This document shows positions 55,551-64,000 of a stretch of DNA of 64,000 nucleotides, in pieces. This stretch comes from an uncultured bacterium (GTDB lineage Bacteria; Sysuimicrobiota; Sysuimicrobiia; Sysuimicrobiales; Sysuimicrobiaceae). Each line of letters begins with the position of its first letter. Positions within the stretch are counted from its first letter, which is position 1. The notes beneath the pieces are model-generated. The model ran no database searches and was not told the origin of the DNA. It saw only the letters and a list, made by a program, of their open reading frames with translations. Both the position numbers and the translations under genes were made by a program. The stretch is from assembly GCA_938028835.1 (NCBI GenBank), contig CALIMJ010000038.1, forward strand, positions 8,808 through 72,807, in the 5' to 3' direction.

Positions 55551-56452
55551 GGGGTACCGGGGCGCTCGTGGCCGCCGTGCTCCTGCTCCTTGTCCTCGCG
55601 GGCTGCGCGCCCGCTCCGGCTCCCTCGGCCACGCGGCCCAAGGCGGTGGCGACCATCAACATCCTGGCGGACTTCGTCTCGCAGCTGGCGGGCGACCGGG
55701 TGGAGGTGGTGAGCCTGATCCCGGTGGGCGGCGATCCCCACACGTACGAGCCGGTGCCCCGAGACGTGCAGAAGGTGGCGGAAGCGCAGATCGTCTTCTA
55801 CAACGGGCTGGGGCTGGAGAAGTGGCTGGAGGAGCTCATCGAGAACGCCGGCGGCCGCCGGGTGTCGGTGGAGCTCACCCGCGGTCTGCGGCCCGCCGTC
55901 CAGACGGAGGGACGGTACCGCGGAGACCCCGACCCGCACCTGTGGATGGACCCCGTGTTCGCCAAGCAGTACGTCCTGAACGCGCGGGACGCGCTGCGGT
56001 CTTTCGACCCGGCCGGCGCGGCCACCTACGAGGCCAACGCGGCCCGCGTGTTGCGGGAGCTGGACGCCCTGCACGCCTGGATCCAGGAGCAGGTCACCCG
56101 CATCCCTCCTCACCGGCGCAAGCTGGTTACCACCCACGACGCGTTCCGCTACTTCGGCCAGCGGTACGGGTTCCGGGTGGTGGGCACCATCTGGGGAATC
56201 AGCACCGAGGACGAGCCCTCCGCGCAGGAGATCGCGCGCCTGGTGGACCGCATCCGCGCGGAGCGGGTCCCCGCGGTGTTCGTGGAGACCACCGTCAACC
56301 CCAAGCTGATGGAGCGGGTGGCGCGGGAGGCGGGGGTCCGCATCGGCCAGAAGCTGTACGGGGACTCCCTGGGACCTCCAGGCAGCGGCGCGGACACCTA
56401 CGTGGGGATGATGCGGCACAACGTTCGGGCCATCGTGGAGGCGCTGCGGTGA
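55547..56452 (+). CDS. Metal (Mn/Zn) ABC transporter substrate-binding lipoprotein (TroA/ZnuA/MntC cluster-9 family)
   Basis: GTGA overlap with mntR after GGGAGG; lipoprotein signal LAGC; cluster-9 fold (INILADFV, GGDPHTYEP, DPHLWMDP, THDAFRYF). Confidence 0.8.
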   Translation: MRGTGALVAAVLLLLVLAGCAPAPAPSATRPKAVATINILADFVSQLAGDRVEVVSLIPVGGDPHTYEPVPRDVQKVAEAQIVFYNGLGLEKWLEELIENAGGRRVSVELTRGLRPAVQTEGRYRGDPDPHLWMDPVFAKQYVLNARDALRSFDPAGAATYEANAARVLRELDALHAWIQEQVTRIPPHRRKLVTTHDAFRYFGQRYGFRVVGTIWGISTEDEPSAQEIARLVDRIRAERVPAVFVETTVNPKLMERVAREAGVRIGQKLYGDSLGPPGSGADTYVGMMRHNVRAIVEALR

Positions 56453-57210
56453 GGGACGTTCCCGCCATCCGGGTGGAGAACCTGACGGTGTCCTACCGGG
56501 GCAAGCCGGCCATCCGGAACGTGAGCGTTGTCGTGGGGCAAGGGCTGCGGGTGGGGCTCATCGGCCCCAACGGCGCGGGCAAGTCCACCCTGCTGCGGGC
56601 TTTGGTGGGGCTTCTGGTGCCGGACACCGGGCGGGTGGAGCTGTTTGGCCGGCCCGTCCGGGAGGCGCGCAAGCTGGTGGCCTACGTGCCGCAGCGCAGC
56701 GAAGTGGACTGGGACTACCCCGTGGTGGCGGAGGAGGTGGTCCTCATGGGACGGTTCCCCCACGTGGGCTGGGTGCGCCGGCCGCGGCCGGAGGACCGGC
56801 GCGTGGCGCGCGAGTGCCTGCGGCAGGTAGGGATGGAAGCCCTGGCGCACCGTCAGATCGGACAGCTGTCCGGGGGCCAGCAGCAGCGAGTTTTCCTGGC
56901 GAGGGCTCTGGCCCAGGAAGCCCGGCTGCTCCTCCTGGACGAGCCCTTCGTGGGTGTGGACGCAGCCACCGAGGAGGCCATCTACGGTCTGCTGGACCGG
57001 TTGCGGGAGGAGGGGCGGACGGTGGTGGTGGCCACCCACGACCTGAGCCGCGCCCAGACCGCTTTCGACCGGCTGCTGCTGCTGAACCAGCACGTGGTGG
57101 CCTACGGCCCGCCCGCGGAGGTGTTCCAGCCTGCGCTGCTGCAGCGCACCTACGGGGGCCGGCTCACCCTCCTGGAGGTGGCGGACCAGAGGATGGCGAT
57201 CAGGCCATGA
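56449..57210 (+). CDS. Metal ABC transporter ATP-binding protein
   Basis: GTGA overlap; Walker A GPNGAGKST, signature LSGGQQQR, Walker B LLLLDEP; 253 aa. Confidence 0.85.
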   Translation: MRDVPAIRVENLTVSYRGKPAIRNVSVVVGQGLRVGLIGPNGAGKSTLLRALVGLLVPDTGRVELFGRPVREARKLVAYVPQRSEVDWDYPVVAEEVVLMGRFPHVGWVRRPRPEDRRVARECLRQVGMEALAHRQIGQLSGGQQQRVFLARALAQEARLLLLDEPFVGVDAATEEAIYGLLDRLREEGRTVVVATHDLSRAQTAFDRLLLLNQHVVAYGPPAEVFQPALLQRTYGGRLTLLEVADQRMAIRP

Positions 57211-58736
57211 GCCTGTGGGAGCTGGTGGTCGAACCCCTGCAGTACACCTTCATGCAGCGGGCCCTGACGGCCGCCCTACTGGTGGGCAGCATCTGCGCGG
57301 TGCTCAGCTGCTTCCTGCTGGTCAAGCGGTGGGCCCTGTTGGGCGACGCCATCTCGCACGCGGTGCTTCCAGGGGTGGCCCTCGCGTACCTGTTGGGCCT
57401 GCCCTTCTTCGTGGGGGCGGTGACCACGGGAATTTTGACCGCGCTGGGGATCTCCGCGGTGGAGCGGCACACCCGGATCAAGGAGGACTCCGCGATGGGC
57501 ATCGTGTTCACGGGCGCCTTTGCCCTGGGCTTCGTCCTGGTGAGCCGCATCCGCAGCAAGGCGGTGGACCTGTTCCACATCCTGTTCGGGAACGTGCTGG
57601 GGGTCTCGGACTCGGACCTCGTGCTGACCGCGGTCACGGGCGCGGTGGTGTTGGGAGCGGTCCTGCTGCTGTACAAGGAGCTGGTCCTGTGGACGTTCGA
57701 CCCGGTCGCCGCCGCGGCCATGGGGCTGCCCACGGGCGTGCTGCACTACACCCTCATGTTCCTGCTGTCGCTCACCATCGTGGCGTCCCTGCAAACCGTC
57801 GGCATCGTCCTGGTCGTGGCCATGCTGATCACCCCCGGCGGCGTGGCCTTCCTCCTGACGGACCGCATGTCGCGGATGCTCGGCCTGGCGGTGGCGGTCG
57901 GGGTGGTGTCCACCGTCACAGGCCTGTACCTCTCCTACTACCTGAACGTGGCCTCCGGTGCCACCATGGTCCTCGTGGCGAGCCTGTTGTTCTGCGCGGC
58001 GGTGCTCCTGGGCCCCCGGGAGGGGTTGGTGTGGGAGTGGATGCGGCGCAGGCGCCTGGCGGAGGAACGGGTGGCGGAGGACTTCCTCAAACAGGCCTAC
58101 GTGCTCGGCCCGGAGGGCTGGGCACCGGAACGGGTGGCGGAGCGGGTGGGCCTTTCGGCGCGCCGGGCCTGGCAGCTCCTGCGGAGGCTGCAGAAGGCGG
58201 GGCTGGTGCGCTGGGACGGGTCACGGGTGAGCCTGAGCGAGGCCGGGAGGGCGAGGGCGGTGGAGCTGGTCCGTTCGCACCGCCTGTGGGAACGGTACCT
58301 GGTGGAACAGGCGGGCCTGTCGTGGGCGGAGGTCCACGCGGAGGCGGAGCGGCTCGAGCACCTGAGCCCGACGGAGCTGGCGGCCCGGTTGGACGAGGCC
58401 CTGGGCCATCCCCGGCGGGACCCCCACGGGTCGCCGATCCCCCCCGAGGTCGCAGGCGCGGTGCCTTCGGTCCGCCTGCTGGATCGCGCACCGGGCGAGC
58501 GGGTGGAGGTGCGGGAGGTGGAGGACGAGGACCCGGAGGTCCTGCGGGCCCTCGAGGCGCGCGGGGTGCGGCCGGGCGTCCGTCTGGAGGTGTTGGAACG
58601 GGCTCCGGGTGGCCTGCGGGTGCGGTGCGACGGAGAGGAGGTGTGGCTGGACGCGCACCTGGCGGCCGCGGTGTACACGCAGGCGGAGGCAGGGTCCAGG
58701 GACGACGACGGGATGTCTGAGCTCCAAGGTGTGTAG
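57207..58736 (+). CDS. ABC-3 metal permease (MntB/ZnuB-like) fused to a C-terminal DtxR-family repressor domain
   Basis: ATGA overlap with the ATPase gene. First ~280 aa are an ABC-3 permease (8 TM). The remaining ~225 aa are a complete DtxR-like module: HTH, VRSHRLWERYLVEQAGLSWAEVHAEAERLEHLSPTE, DPHGSPIP, and an FeoA-like C-domain. No stop separates the two. Confidence 0.75.
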   Translation: MSLWELVVEPLQYTFMQRALTAALLVGSICAVLSCFLLVKRWALLGDAISHAVLPGVALAYLLGLPFFVGAVTTGILTALGISAVERHTRIKEDSAMGIVFTGAFALGFVLVSRIRSKAVDLFHILFGNVLGVSDSDLVLTAVTGAVVLGAVLLLYKELVLWTFDPVAAAAMGLPTGVLHYTLMFLLSLTIVASLQTVGIVLVVAMLITPGGVAFLLTDRMSRMLGLAVAVGVVSTVTGLYLSYYLNVASGATMVLVASLLFCAAVLLGPREGLVWEWMRRRRLAEERVAEDFLKQAYVLGPEGWAPERVAERVGLSARRAWQLLRRLQKAGLVRWDGSRVSLSEAGRARAVELVRSHRLWERYLVEQAGLSWAEVHAEAERLEHLSPTELAARLDEALGHPRRDPHGSPIPPEVAGAVPSVRLLDRAPGERVEVREVEDEDPEVLRALEARGVRPGVRLEVLERAPGGLRVRCDGEEVWLDAHLAAAVYTQAEAGSRDDDGMSELQGV

Positions 58737-58761
58737 CAGCCGGCCGCGGCAGGCGGGGTCC

Positions 58762-59505
58762 TCAGCGGAGGATCTTCGACAGGAAGGCCCGGGTGCGCTC
58801 GTGGCGGGGCTGGGTGAAGAAGGTTTCGGGCGGCGCTACCTCCACGACGGCGCCCTCGTCCAGGAAGACGATGCGGTCCGCCACCTCCCGCGCAAACCCC
58901 ATCTCATGAGTCACCACCACCATGGTCATCCCCCGGCGGGCCAGGTCCCGCATCACGTCCAGCACCTCCTGGATCATCTCCGGGTCCAGGGCGGAGGTGG
59001 GCTCGTCGAACAGCATGATCTTCGGCTGCATGGCCAGCGCCCGGGCGATGGCCACACGCTGCTGCTGCCCGCCCGACAGCTGCGACGGGTAGCTATCCGC
59101 CTTCTCGGGGATCCCCACGCGTTCCAGCAGCTCCCGGGCCACCCGCTCCGCTTGCTCGCGGGGCCACTTCCGCACGAGCACCGGCGCGAGGGTGATGTTC
59201 TGGAGCACCGTCAGGTGCGGGAACAGGTTGAACTGCTGGAAGACCATGCCCACCTCCCGGCGGACCGCGTCCACGTGGCGGAGGTCGTCGGTGAGCTCGA
59301 TCCCGTCCACCACGATGCGCCCCCGGTCGTGTCGCTCCAGCCGGTTGATGCAGCGGATGAGGGTGGACTTCCCTGATCCGGACGGCCCGCAGACGACTAC
59401 GACCTCCCCCGGCCACACCTCCAGGTCGATCCCCCGGAGCACATGGAGCCGCCCGAACCACTTGTGCACGCCCTGCAGGAGGATGATGGGGTCTATGCGG
59501 CTCAC
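58762..59505 (-). CDS. Polar amino-acid ABC transporter ATP-binding protein
   Basis: GTG 59505 overlaps permease stop (GTGA); [34 protein letters not shown]; 247 aa. Confidence 0.85.
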   Translation of the reverse strand: MSRIDPIILLQGVHKWFGRLHVLRGIDLEVWPGEVVVVCGPSGSGKSTLIRCINRLERHDRGRIVVDGIELTDDLRHVDAVRREVGMVFQQFNLFPHLTVLQNITLAPVLVRKWPREQAERVARELLERVGIPEKADSYPSQLSGGQQQRVAIARALAMQPKIMLFDEPTSALDPEMIQEVLDVMRDLARRGMTMVVVTHEMGFAREVADRIVFLDEGAVVEVAPPETFFTQPRHERTRAFLSKILR

Positions 59506-60152
59506 GGGACCTCCGCCGCCAGCCGGCGTTCCAGGCGTTGGGTAGCCACGGACAGCGGGTAGCACAGGAGGAAGTACAGCGCCGCCACCACGAGCCAGAT
59601 TTCGAAGGACGCGAGGGTGCGTTCCACGACGCGCCGGCCCGCGGTGGTCAGCTCGAACACGTTCACGATGGCGGCCAGGGAGGTGTCCTTCAGCAGGGTG
59701 GTGAACAGCCCCATGAGGGGCGGCAGGGTGCGCCGCAAGGCCTGCGGCAGGATGACCCAGCGAAGCGTCTGGGGGGAGCTCAACCCCAAGGACCGGGCCG
59801 CTTCCCACTGGCCCCGGGGCAGGGACTGGATGGCCCCCCGGACGATCTCCGCGGTGTTGGCGGCGGCGAAGAAGGTCATGGCCACGCTGGCGGCTACGAA
59901 GGCGTTCAGCCGGATCCCCACCGCCGGCAGACCGAAGAAGATGAAGAAGATCTGCATGATCAGCGGGGTGTCCCGGAACAGCTCCACGAAGACCGTAGCC
60001 GCCGCGTACACCGCGCCGCGGCCCAGACGCGCGATCCCCACCACAAACCCCAGGACCGTACCCAGGGCCATCACCAGCAGGCCCAGCAGCACGGTACCCT
60101 GAAGGCCCTCCAGGAGGTACGGCAGGTTGGCGGCCACGACGGTCCAGCGCAT
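59502..60152 (-). CDS. Amino-acid ABC transporter permease (His/Glu/Gln/Arg/opine family)
   Basis: EAA-loop region ([25 protein letters not shown]); 216 aa. Confidence 0.8.
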   Translation of the reverse strand: MRWTVVAANLPYLLEGLQGTVLLGLLVMALGTVLGFVVGIARLGRGAVYAAATVFVELFRDTPLIMQIFFIFFGLPAVGIRLNAFVAASVAMTFFAAANTAEIVRGAIQSLPRGQWEAARSLGLSSPQTLRWVILPQALRRTLPPLMGLFTTLLKDTSLAAIVNVFELTTAGRRVVERTLASFEIWLVVAALYFLLCYPLSVATQRLERRLAAEVP

Positions 60153-60158
60153 GGTCGA

Positions 60159-60830
60159 TCAACGGTCCCGTACCCGCAGGTACGCCAGGGCCCGGGACTC
60201 CACGTTCCGCAGGGCCCACACGAGCAGGAGGACGAGGGCCAGGTACAGGAGCGTGGCCATCCCGTATACCTCGAAGCTGCGGAACGTCCACGCTTCCAGG
60301 TCGCGGGCCACGAAGGTGAGCTCCACCATGCCGATGGCGGACACCAGGGACGAGTTCTTCACCAGGGCCACGAAGTTGTTGCCCAGGGCGGGGAGACTGA
60401 TGCGCACCGCCACGGGGAGCACCACGTGGCGGAAGCGCTGCCAGCCAGACAGCCCCAGGGCCGCGGCTGCCTCTCGGAGGCCCCGGGGGACCGCCTCCAG
60501 TCCGGCACGGAAGACCTCTGCGTTGTAGGCGGCGGTGTACAGGGAAAGCGCCAGCAGGCCGGACTGGAAGGGCGACAGGCGCAGCCCCACTCGGGGCAGG
60601 CCGAAGAACACGAAGAAGATCTGCACCAGCAAGGGCGTGTTGCGGAAGACCTCCACGTAGGCGGCCCCCAACCAGCGCAGCGGGGGCAAGGGGGCCGTGC
60701 GGGCGGCCGCGACAGCGACTCCCACGGCAGCAGCCAGGGCGATGGCGAGGGCGGAGACCTGGAGGGTCAGCAGGGCCCCGCGCAGGAGGGTGGGTAGCGC
60801 ATCGACCCAGAACTGCGCGGGGCCCGCCAT
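60159..60830 (-). CDS. Amino-acid ABC transporter permease (second membrane subunit)
   Basis: EAA-loop ([25 protein letters not shown]); 223 aa. Confidence 0.8.
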   Translation of the reverse strand: MAGPAQFWVDALPTLLRGALLTLQVSALAIALAAAVGVAVAAARTAPLPPLRWLGAAYVEVFRNTPLLVQIFFVFFGLPRVGLRLSPFQSGLLALSLYTAAYNAEVFRAGLEAVPRGLREAAAALGLSGWQRFRHVVLPVAVRISLPALGNNFVALVKNSSLVSAIGMVELTFVARDLEAWTFRSFEVYGMATLLYLALVLLLVWALRNVESRALAYLRVRDR

Positions 60831-60840
60831 GGGAGCGTGA

Positions 60841-61656
60841 CTAGAGCTGGAGCTCCAGCGGGCACTTGGTCGCCGGCAGCAGCTGCCCGGCCACTTCCCC
60901 GAACCACTTGCCCACCAGCTTGGCGTGGACGCCCTGGGCCCGCAGGCGGGCCAGGGCCACGTTGATGGCGGCCAGCAGGTCCGTGTCGCCCTTGCGGACG
61001 CCGATCCCGTACGGACCCGGCATCTGCGGCGGCCAGCCCACTACCTTCAGGGTGGCGTCCTGCTTGGCGAAGGCCAGCAGCAGCACGTCGTCCTGCACGA
61101 AGGCCTCGGCGCGGCCGTCCTTGAGGGCGAGGAGGGCCTCGGAGTTCTGGCCGAAGGTGATCCGCTGGGCCTGAGGCGCCAGGGTTGCCACCACGCGGTC
61201 ACCGGTGGAGCCCTGGACGGTGGCCACCCGTCTGCCGTTGAGGTCCGTGAACCTGGTGATGGTGGTGTTGTCGCGGCGCACCAGGATCAGGTGACCGGAG
61301 CAGAAGTACGGCACGCTGAAGTCCACCACCTGCTTGCGGGCGCGGGTGATGGTCATGGTGGCCACCACCGCGTCGATCTGCTCCGTCTGAAGCATGGGGA
61401 TGCGGTTCGCGGAGGTCACCGCCACCAGCCGGACGCGGTCGGGGCTGCCCAGCACGATGCGGGCGATCTCCCGGCTCAGGTCGATGTCGAAGCCCTGGAG
61501 CTGACCGCGCTCGTCCACGAAGCCGAAGGGCGGGAAGTCCGCCTTCACGCCCACCACCAGAACGCCCCGCTGGCGAGCCACGTCCAGGGTGCCCGCGGCG
61601 AAGGCCACCCCGCTGACCAGCGCAGCCACGCAGACCGCCGCCAGCAGCTTCCTCAT
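60841..61656 (-). CDS. Amino-acid ABC transporter substrate-binding protein (family 3)
   Basis: ATG 61656 after GGGAGGTGAGG; signal peptide, SBP_bac_3 pattern (LVVGVKADFPPFGF..., GFDIDL); 271 aa. Confidence 0.8.
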   Translation of the reverse strand: MRKLLAAVCVAALVSGVAFAAGTLDVARQRGVLVVGVKADFPPFGFVDERGQLQGFDIDLSREIARIVLGSPDRVRLVAVTSANRIPMLQTEQIDAVVATMTITRARKQVVDFSVPYFCSGHLILVRRDNTTITRFTDLNGRRVATVQGSTGDRVVATLAPQAQRITFGQNSEALLALKDGRAEAFVQDDVLLLAFAKQDATLKVVGWPPQMPGPYGIGVRKGDTDLLAAINVALARLRAQGVHAKLVGKWFGEVAGQLLPATKCPLELQL

Positions 61657-61729
61657 CCGCCTCACCTCCCCGCTGGGGATTCGCAACCCAGAAGGTAACG
61701 CGAGGGACGGCGGGGGGCAACCGGGTGGG

Positions 61730-63148
61730 CTAGGCGGGACCCTTGCCGGGGTTCAGGATGCCCTCGGGGTCCAGCAGGACCTTGATCCGCCGCATCCACT
61801 CCAGGGCGGGGCCGTGTTCTGCGGCCAGGAACTTGCGCTTGCGCAGCCCCACCCCGTGCTCTCCGGTGGCGGTGCCCCCCACCTCCAGGGCCCGGTGCAC
61901 CAGCCGCTCGCTGTAGGCCTCCGCGCGGGGGTACTGGTCGGGCGGGGTGGCCACGAACACGTGGAAGTTGCCGTCCCCCACGTGCCCCACGATGCCGCCC
62001 ACGAGCGCCATCTCCTGGAGGAGCTGGTGGGCGAAGGCCACCAGCTCGGGGAGCTGCGACAGCGGCACCGCCACGTCCGTGGTGAGGAACGCGTGCCCGG
62101 GGTACGCGTGGGTCGCCGCCCAGTACACCTTGTGGCGGGCCTCCCACACGGCGCTGCGCTCCTCGGGGGTGTGGGCGGCCTGCACGAGTCCGGCCCCGTG
62201 GTCCCGGCAGACGCCCAGCACCGCCTCCGTCTCGGCCCGCAGGGCTTCCTGGGTGGACGAGTGGAACTCGAGGAACAGGGCCGGCTGTTCGGGGTCCCGG
62301 CGATCCAGGAAGGCGTTGACCACCCGCATGCTGAGGTCGTCCACCAGCTCCAGGCGCGCCACCGGTAGGCCCGTGGCCATGATCTCGTAGGCGGCCTCCG
62401 ACGCGGCCTCCACGGACGGGAAGAAGGCGCGGGCGGCGTGTACGTGCGCGGGGAGTGGGTGCAGGCGGACCGTGAGGCGCGTGATAACGCCCAGGGTCCC
62501 CTCCGAGCCGATGAACAGGTCCTTCAGGTCGTATCCGGAGCTGGTCTTGCGCACCGGCCGGCCCAGCTCCAACACCTGGCCGTCCGCCAGCACCACCTGG
62601 AGTCCCAGGACGTTGTGCCGCATGCCGCCGTACCGGACCGTGGTGGTGCCGGACGCGTTGGTGGCCGCCATGCCTCCCAGGGAGGCATCGGCGCCCGGGT
62701 CCACGGGGAAGAACAGCCCGTGGTGGCGCACCGCCCGGTTCAACGCGCCGTGGGTCACCCCGGGCTCCACGGTGGCCAGGAAGTCCTCGGGCCGCACCTC
62801 CAGGATCCGATCCATGCGGGAGAGGTCGAGGCTGATGGCAGGGCCCAGGGGGACCAGGGCCCCCTCGAGGCTGCTCCCCGCGCCGTAGGGAATCACCGGG
62901 ACTCGGTACTCCCGGGCCACGGCCAGGACCGCGCGGACGTCCTCCACACTGTGGGCGAAGACTACCGCCAGCGGCCGACGCGACTCTGGGTAGCCCTCGT
63001 CCCGCCCGTGACTGTCCAGGACAGACTCCACCGTGGACACACGGCCTGCTCCCAGTCGCTCTACAAGGTCGGACACCAGCTCCACGGGCTGTAACCTCCC
63101 GGTGCGCCTAGGCTCGGATCCATGATACGCGGTGCGGCTTGCTGTCAT
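61730..63148 (-). CDS. glcD: FAD-linked oxidase (GlcD / D-lactate dehydrogenase family)
   Basis: ATG 63148; FAD-binding PCMH domain (VIPYGAGSSLEGA), FAD-oxidase C-terminal domain; 472 aa. Confidence 0.8.
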   Translation of the reverse strand: MTASRTAYHGSEPRRTGRLQPVELVSDLVERLGAGRVSTVESVLDSHGRDEGYPESRRPLAVVFAHSVEDVRAVLAVAREYRVPVIPYGAGSSLEGALVPLGPAISLDLSRMDRILEVRPEDFLATVEPGVTHGALNRAVRHHGLFFPVDPGADASLGGMAATNASGTTTVRYGGMRHNVLGLQVVLADGQVLELGRPVRKTSSGYDLKDLFIGSEGTLGVITRLTVRLHPLPAHVHAARAFFPSVEAASEAAYEIMATGLPVARLELVDDLSMRVVNAFLDRRDPEQPALFLEFHSSTQEALRAETEAVLGVCRDHGAGLVQAAHTPEERSAVWEARHKVYWAATHAYPGHAFLTTDVAVPLSQLPELVAFAHQLLQEMALVGGIVGHVGDGNFHVFVATPPDQYPRAEAYSERLVHRALEVGGTATGEHGVGLRKRKFLAAEHGPALEWMRRIKVLLDPEGILNPGKGPA

Positions 63149-63606
63149 CCGGACGCATCGGGGGCAGCCGGGCGCCTTCGGACCAGCAGCACCAGCTCGC
63201 CGGACTGAACCACCTCCTCCCGCTGGTTGACGACCTCGACCCGGTGGACCACTACCCCACGCCGCGGGTCCCTGGTCGCGCGCTTTTCCGCCAGCCGGGT
63301 CCGCGCTCGGATGGTGTCCCCCAGGAACACGGGCTTCAGAAAACGCCAGGAACGGACTTCCAGGAGGGCGAGCACTGCGGCTTCGGGGGTGGCCCGCTGC
63401 CGGAGCCCGGTCACCATGGACAGGACCAGCAGGCCGTGCGCCACGCGCTGCCCGAACGGGGTGGCAGCCGTGTAGGTGGCGTCCAGGTGCAAGGGGTTGA
63501 AGTCGCCAGACACCCCCGCGAAGTTGACCACGTCCGCCTCGGTGACCGTACGCCCGGGAGTTTCGAACTCCGTTCCTTCCTGCAAGTCCTCGGAATAGAC
63601 GGGCAT
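63145..63606 (-). CDS. MaoC-family (R)-specific enoyl-CoA hydratase-like hot-dog protein
   Basis: Hot-dog motif (GDFNPLHLD ... AHGLL); 153 aa; ATGA overlap with glcD start. Confidence 0.75.
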   Translation of the reverse strand: MPVYSEDLQEGTEFETPGRTVTEADVVNFAGVSGDFNPLHLDATYTAATPFGQRVAHGLLVLSMVTGLRQRATPEAAVLALLEVRSWRFLKPVFLGDTIRARTRLAEKRATRDPRRGVVVHRVEVVNQREEVVQSGELVLLVRRRPAAPDASG

Positions 63607-63726
63607 GGGTTCTCCCGCGGCCTCCCTGCACTAACGGCTCCTGTTTGAGGGTACCCCGGGGCCTGGCCAGGTCCACGGAGCGATCCCGCAGGCGGGGAGT
63701 TGGAGCCACATGGCTGGACCCGACGA

Positions 63727-63801
63727 TGGAGCGGGCGACGGGATTCGAACCCGCGGCCCTCGGCTTGGGAAGCCGATGCTCTACCCCTGAGCTACACCCG
63801 C
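63727..63801 (-). tRNA. tRNA-Gly (anticodon CCC)
   Basis: Manual cloverleaf: acceptor GCGGGTG/CGCCCGC (one G-U), anticodon loop UUCCCAA, T-loop GGTTCGAATCC, encoded CCA. Confidence 0.85.
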
Positions 63802-63905
63802 CCGCTCGCCCCTATTTTACCACGGGTTTACCACGGGCCCGCTAGGTCCCCGGCCGCCAGGGTCCCTGGCGTTTTGGGGCGAAGTAGGCACCTGTGGCGG
63901 CCGAA

Positions 63906-64000
63906 GTGGTGCTGCTCCACTACTCCGCACCCCCCGTGGTGGGCGGCGTGGAGTCCGTCCTGGGCCAGCAGGCCCGGTGGCTGAGGCGGGCCGGATACCG
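63906..64000 (+). CDS. 5' end of a GT4-family glycosyltransferase (partial, runs off the window end)
   Basis: VVLLHYSAPPVVGGVESVLGQQARWL matches the GT4 N-terminal glycine-rich pattern; GTG start assumed. Confidence 0.35.
   Translation, partial: MVLLHYSAPPVVGGVESVLGQQARWLRRAGY

Noticed and set aside
57207-58736. Possibility that permease and DtxR-like module are two genes
   Set aside because: Not rejected outright. No stop codon exists between them, so read-through is unavoidable. An internal ATG (58058) could additionally give a free repressor. Reported as a fusion with this caveat
1-64000. CRISPR arrays, IS elements, prophage genes, rRNA
   Set aside because: No regularly spaced repeats, no transposase/integrase/terminase-like ORFs, and no rRNA-like conserved stretches were seen. 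Only three tRNAs (Arg, Asn, Gly) were found

Overview
This 64 kb window is about 70% GC, is dense in coding sequence on both strands, and looks like chromosomal core/accessory DNA from a thermophile-like high-GC bacterium. Translation signals are Firmicute-like GGAGG ribosome-binding sites with frequent GTG/TTG starts, and many adjacent genes overlap by 4 nt (ATGA/GTGA). Gene order includes gcvT-gcvH-gcvPA-gcvPB, dnaX-ybaB-recR and csp/acuC. I cannot name the organism from sequence alone. I found no CRISPR array, transposase, integrase or obvious prophage.

Supported content, in order:
- A glycine-cleavage operon led by a phosphoribosyltransferase-family gene, with a DinB/MDMPI-like domain fused in-frame to GcvT.
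- A cupin-TctCBA tripartite transporter / TIM-barrel isomerase / DUF993 / Gfo-Idh-MocA / LacI / enolase-superfamily catabolic-looking locus.
- An HD-GYP phosphodiesterase with an N-terminal sensor.
- ykuK-recR-ybaB-dnaX.
- A CPBP protease, a DUF72 protein and a threonine-dehydratase-like gene whose N-terminus lacks a canonical start codon.
- A near-consensus sigma-A promoter with a ~170 nt leader ahead of an RNase H-like ORF next to tRNA-Arg.
- A carbon-nitrogen hydrolase-M24 peptidase pair, nth, and a long-variant ndk.
- An orphan protein plus a disordered acidic/basic histone-H1-like protein, and a frameshifted TPR lipoprotein.
- A pilus-retraction module: a PilB/GspE-like pseudo-ATPase whose N-terminal domain has MshEN-like c-di-GMP motifs, followed by pilT and a pilU-like gene. 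This is the best candidate for an under-described system in the window.
- tRNA-Asn, an AI-2E transporter, and a GTPase / 4-PAS hybrid kinase / IDH-family gene run.
- A Ski2/HelY-like helicase.
- aceA preceded by a small Cys-rich zinc-ribbon protein and a GAF-kinase/LytTR two-component pair.
- csp, acuC, usp and a GNAT gene; AhpD-like and PCD genes; korAB; a short PPase-like gene, FmdB, a DLH hydrolase and an ACT protein.
- A Mn/Zn-type ABC importer with a free-standing DtxR/MntR regulator and a second DtxR-like domain fused to the permease.
- An amino-acid ABC importer, glcD-maoC, tRNA-Gly, and the 5' end of a glycosyltransferase.

Start codons were chosen by RBS spacing and domain boundaries where I could check them. 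The many long antisense ORFs in the six-frame track are GC-bias artefacts and are not listed.
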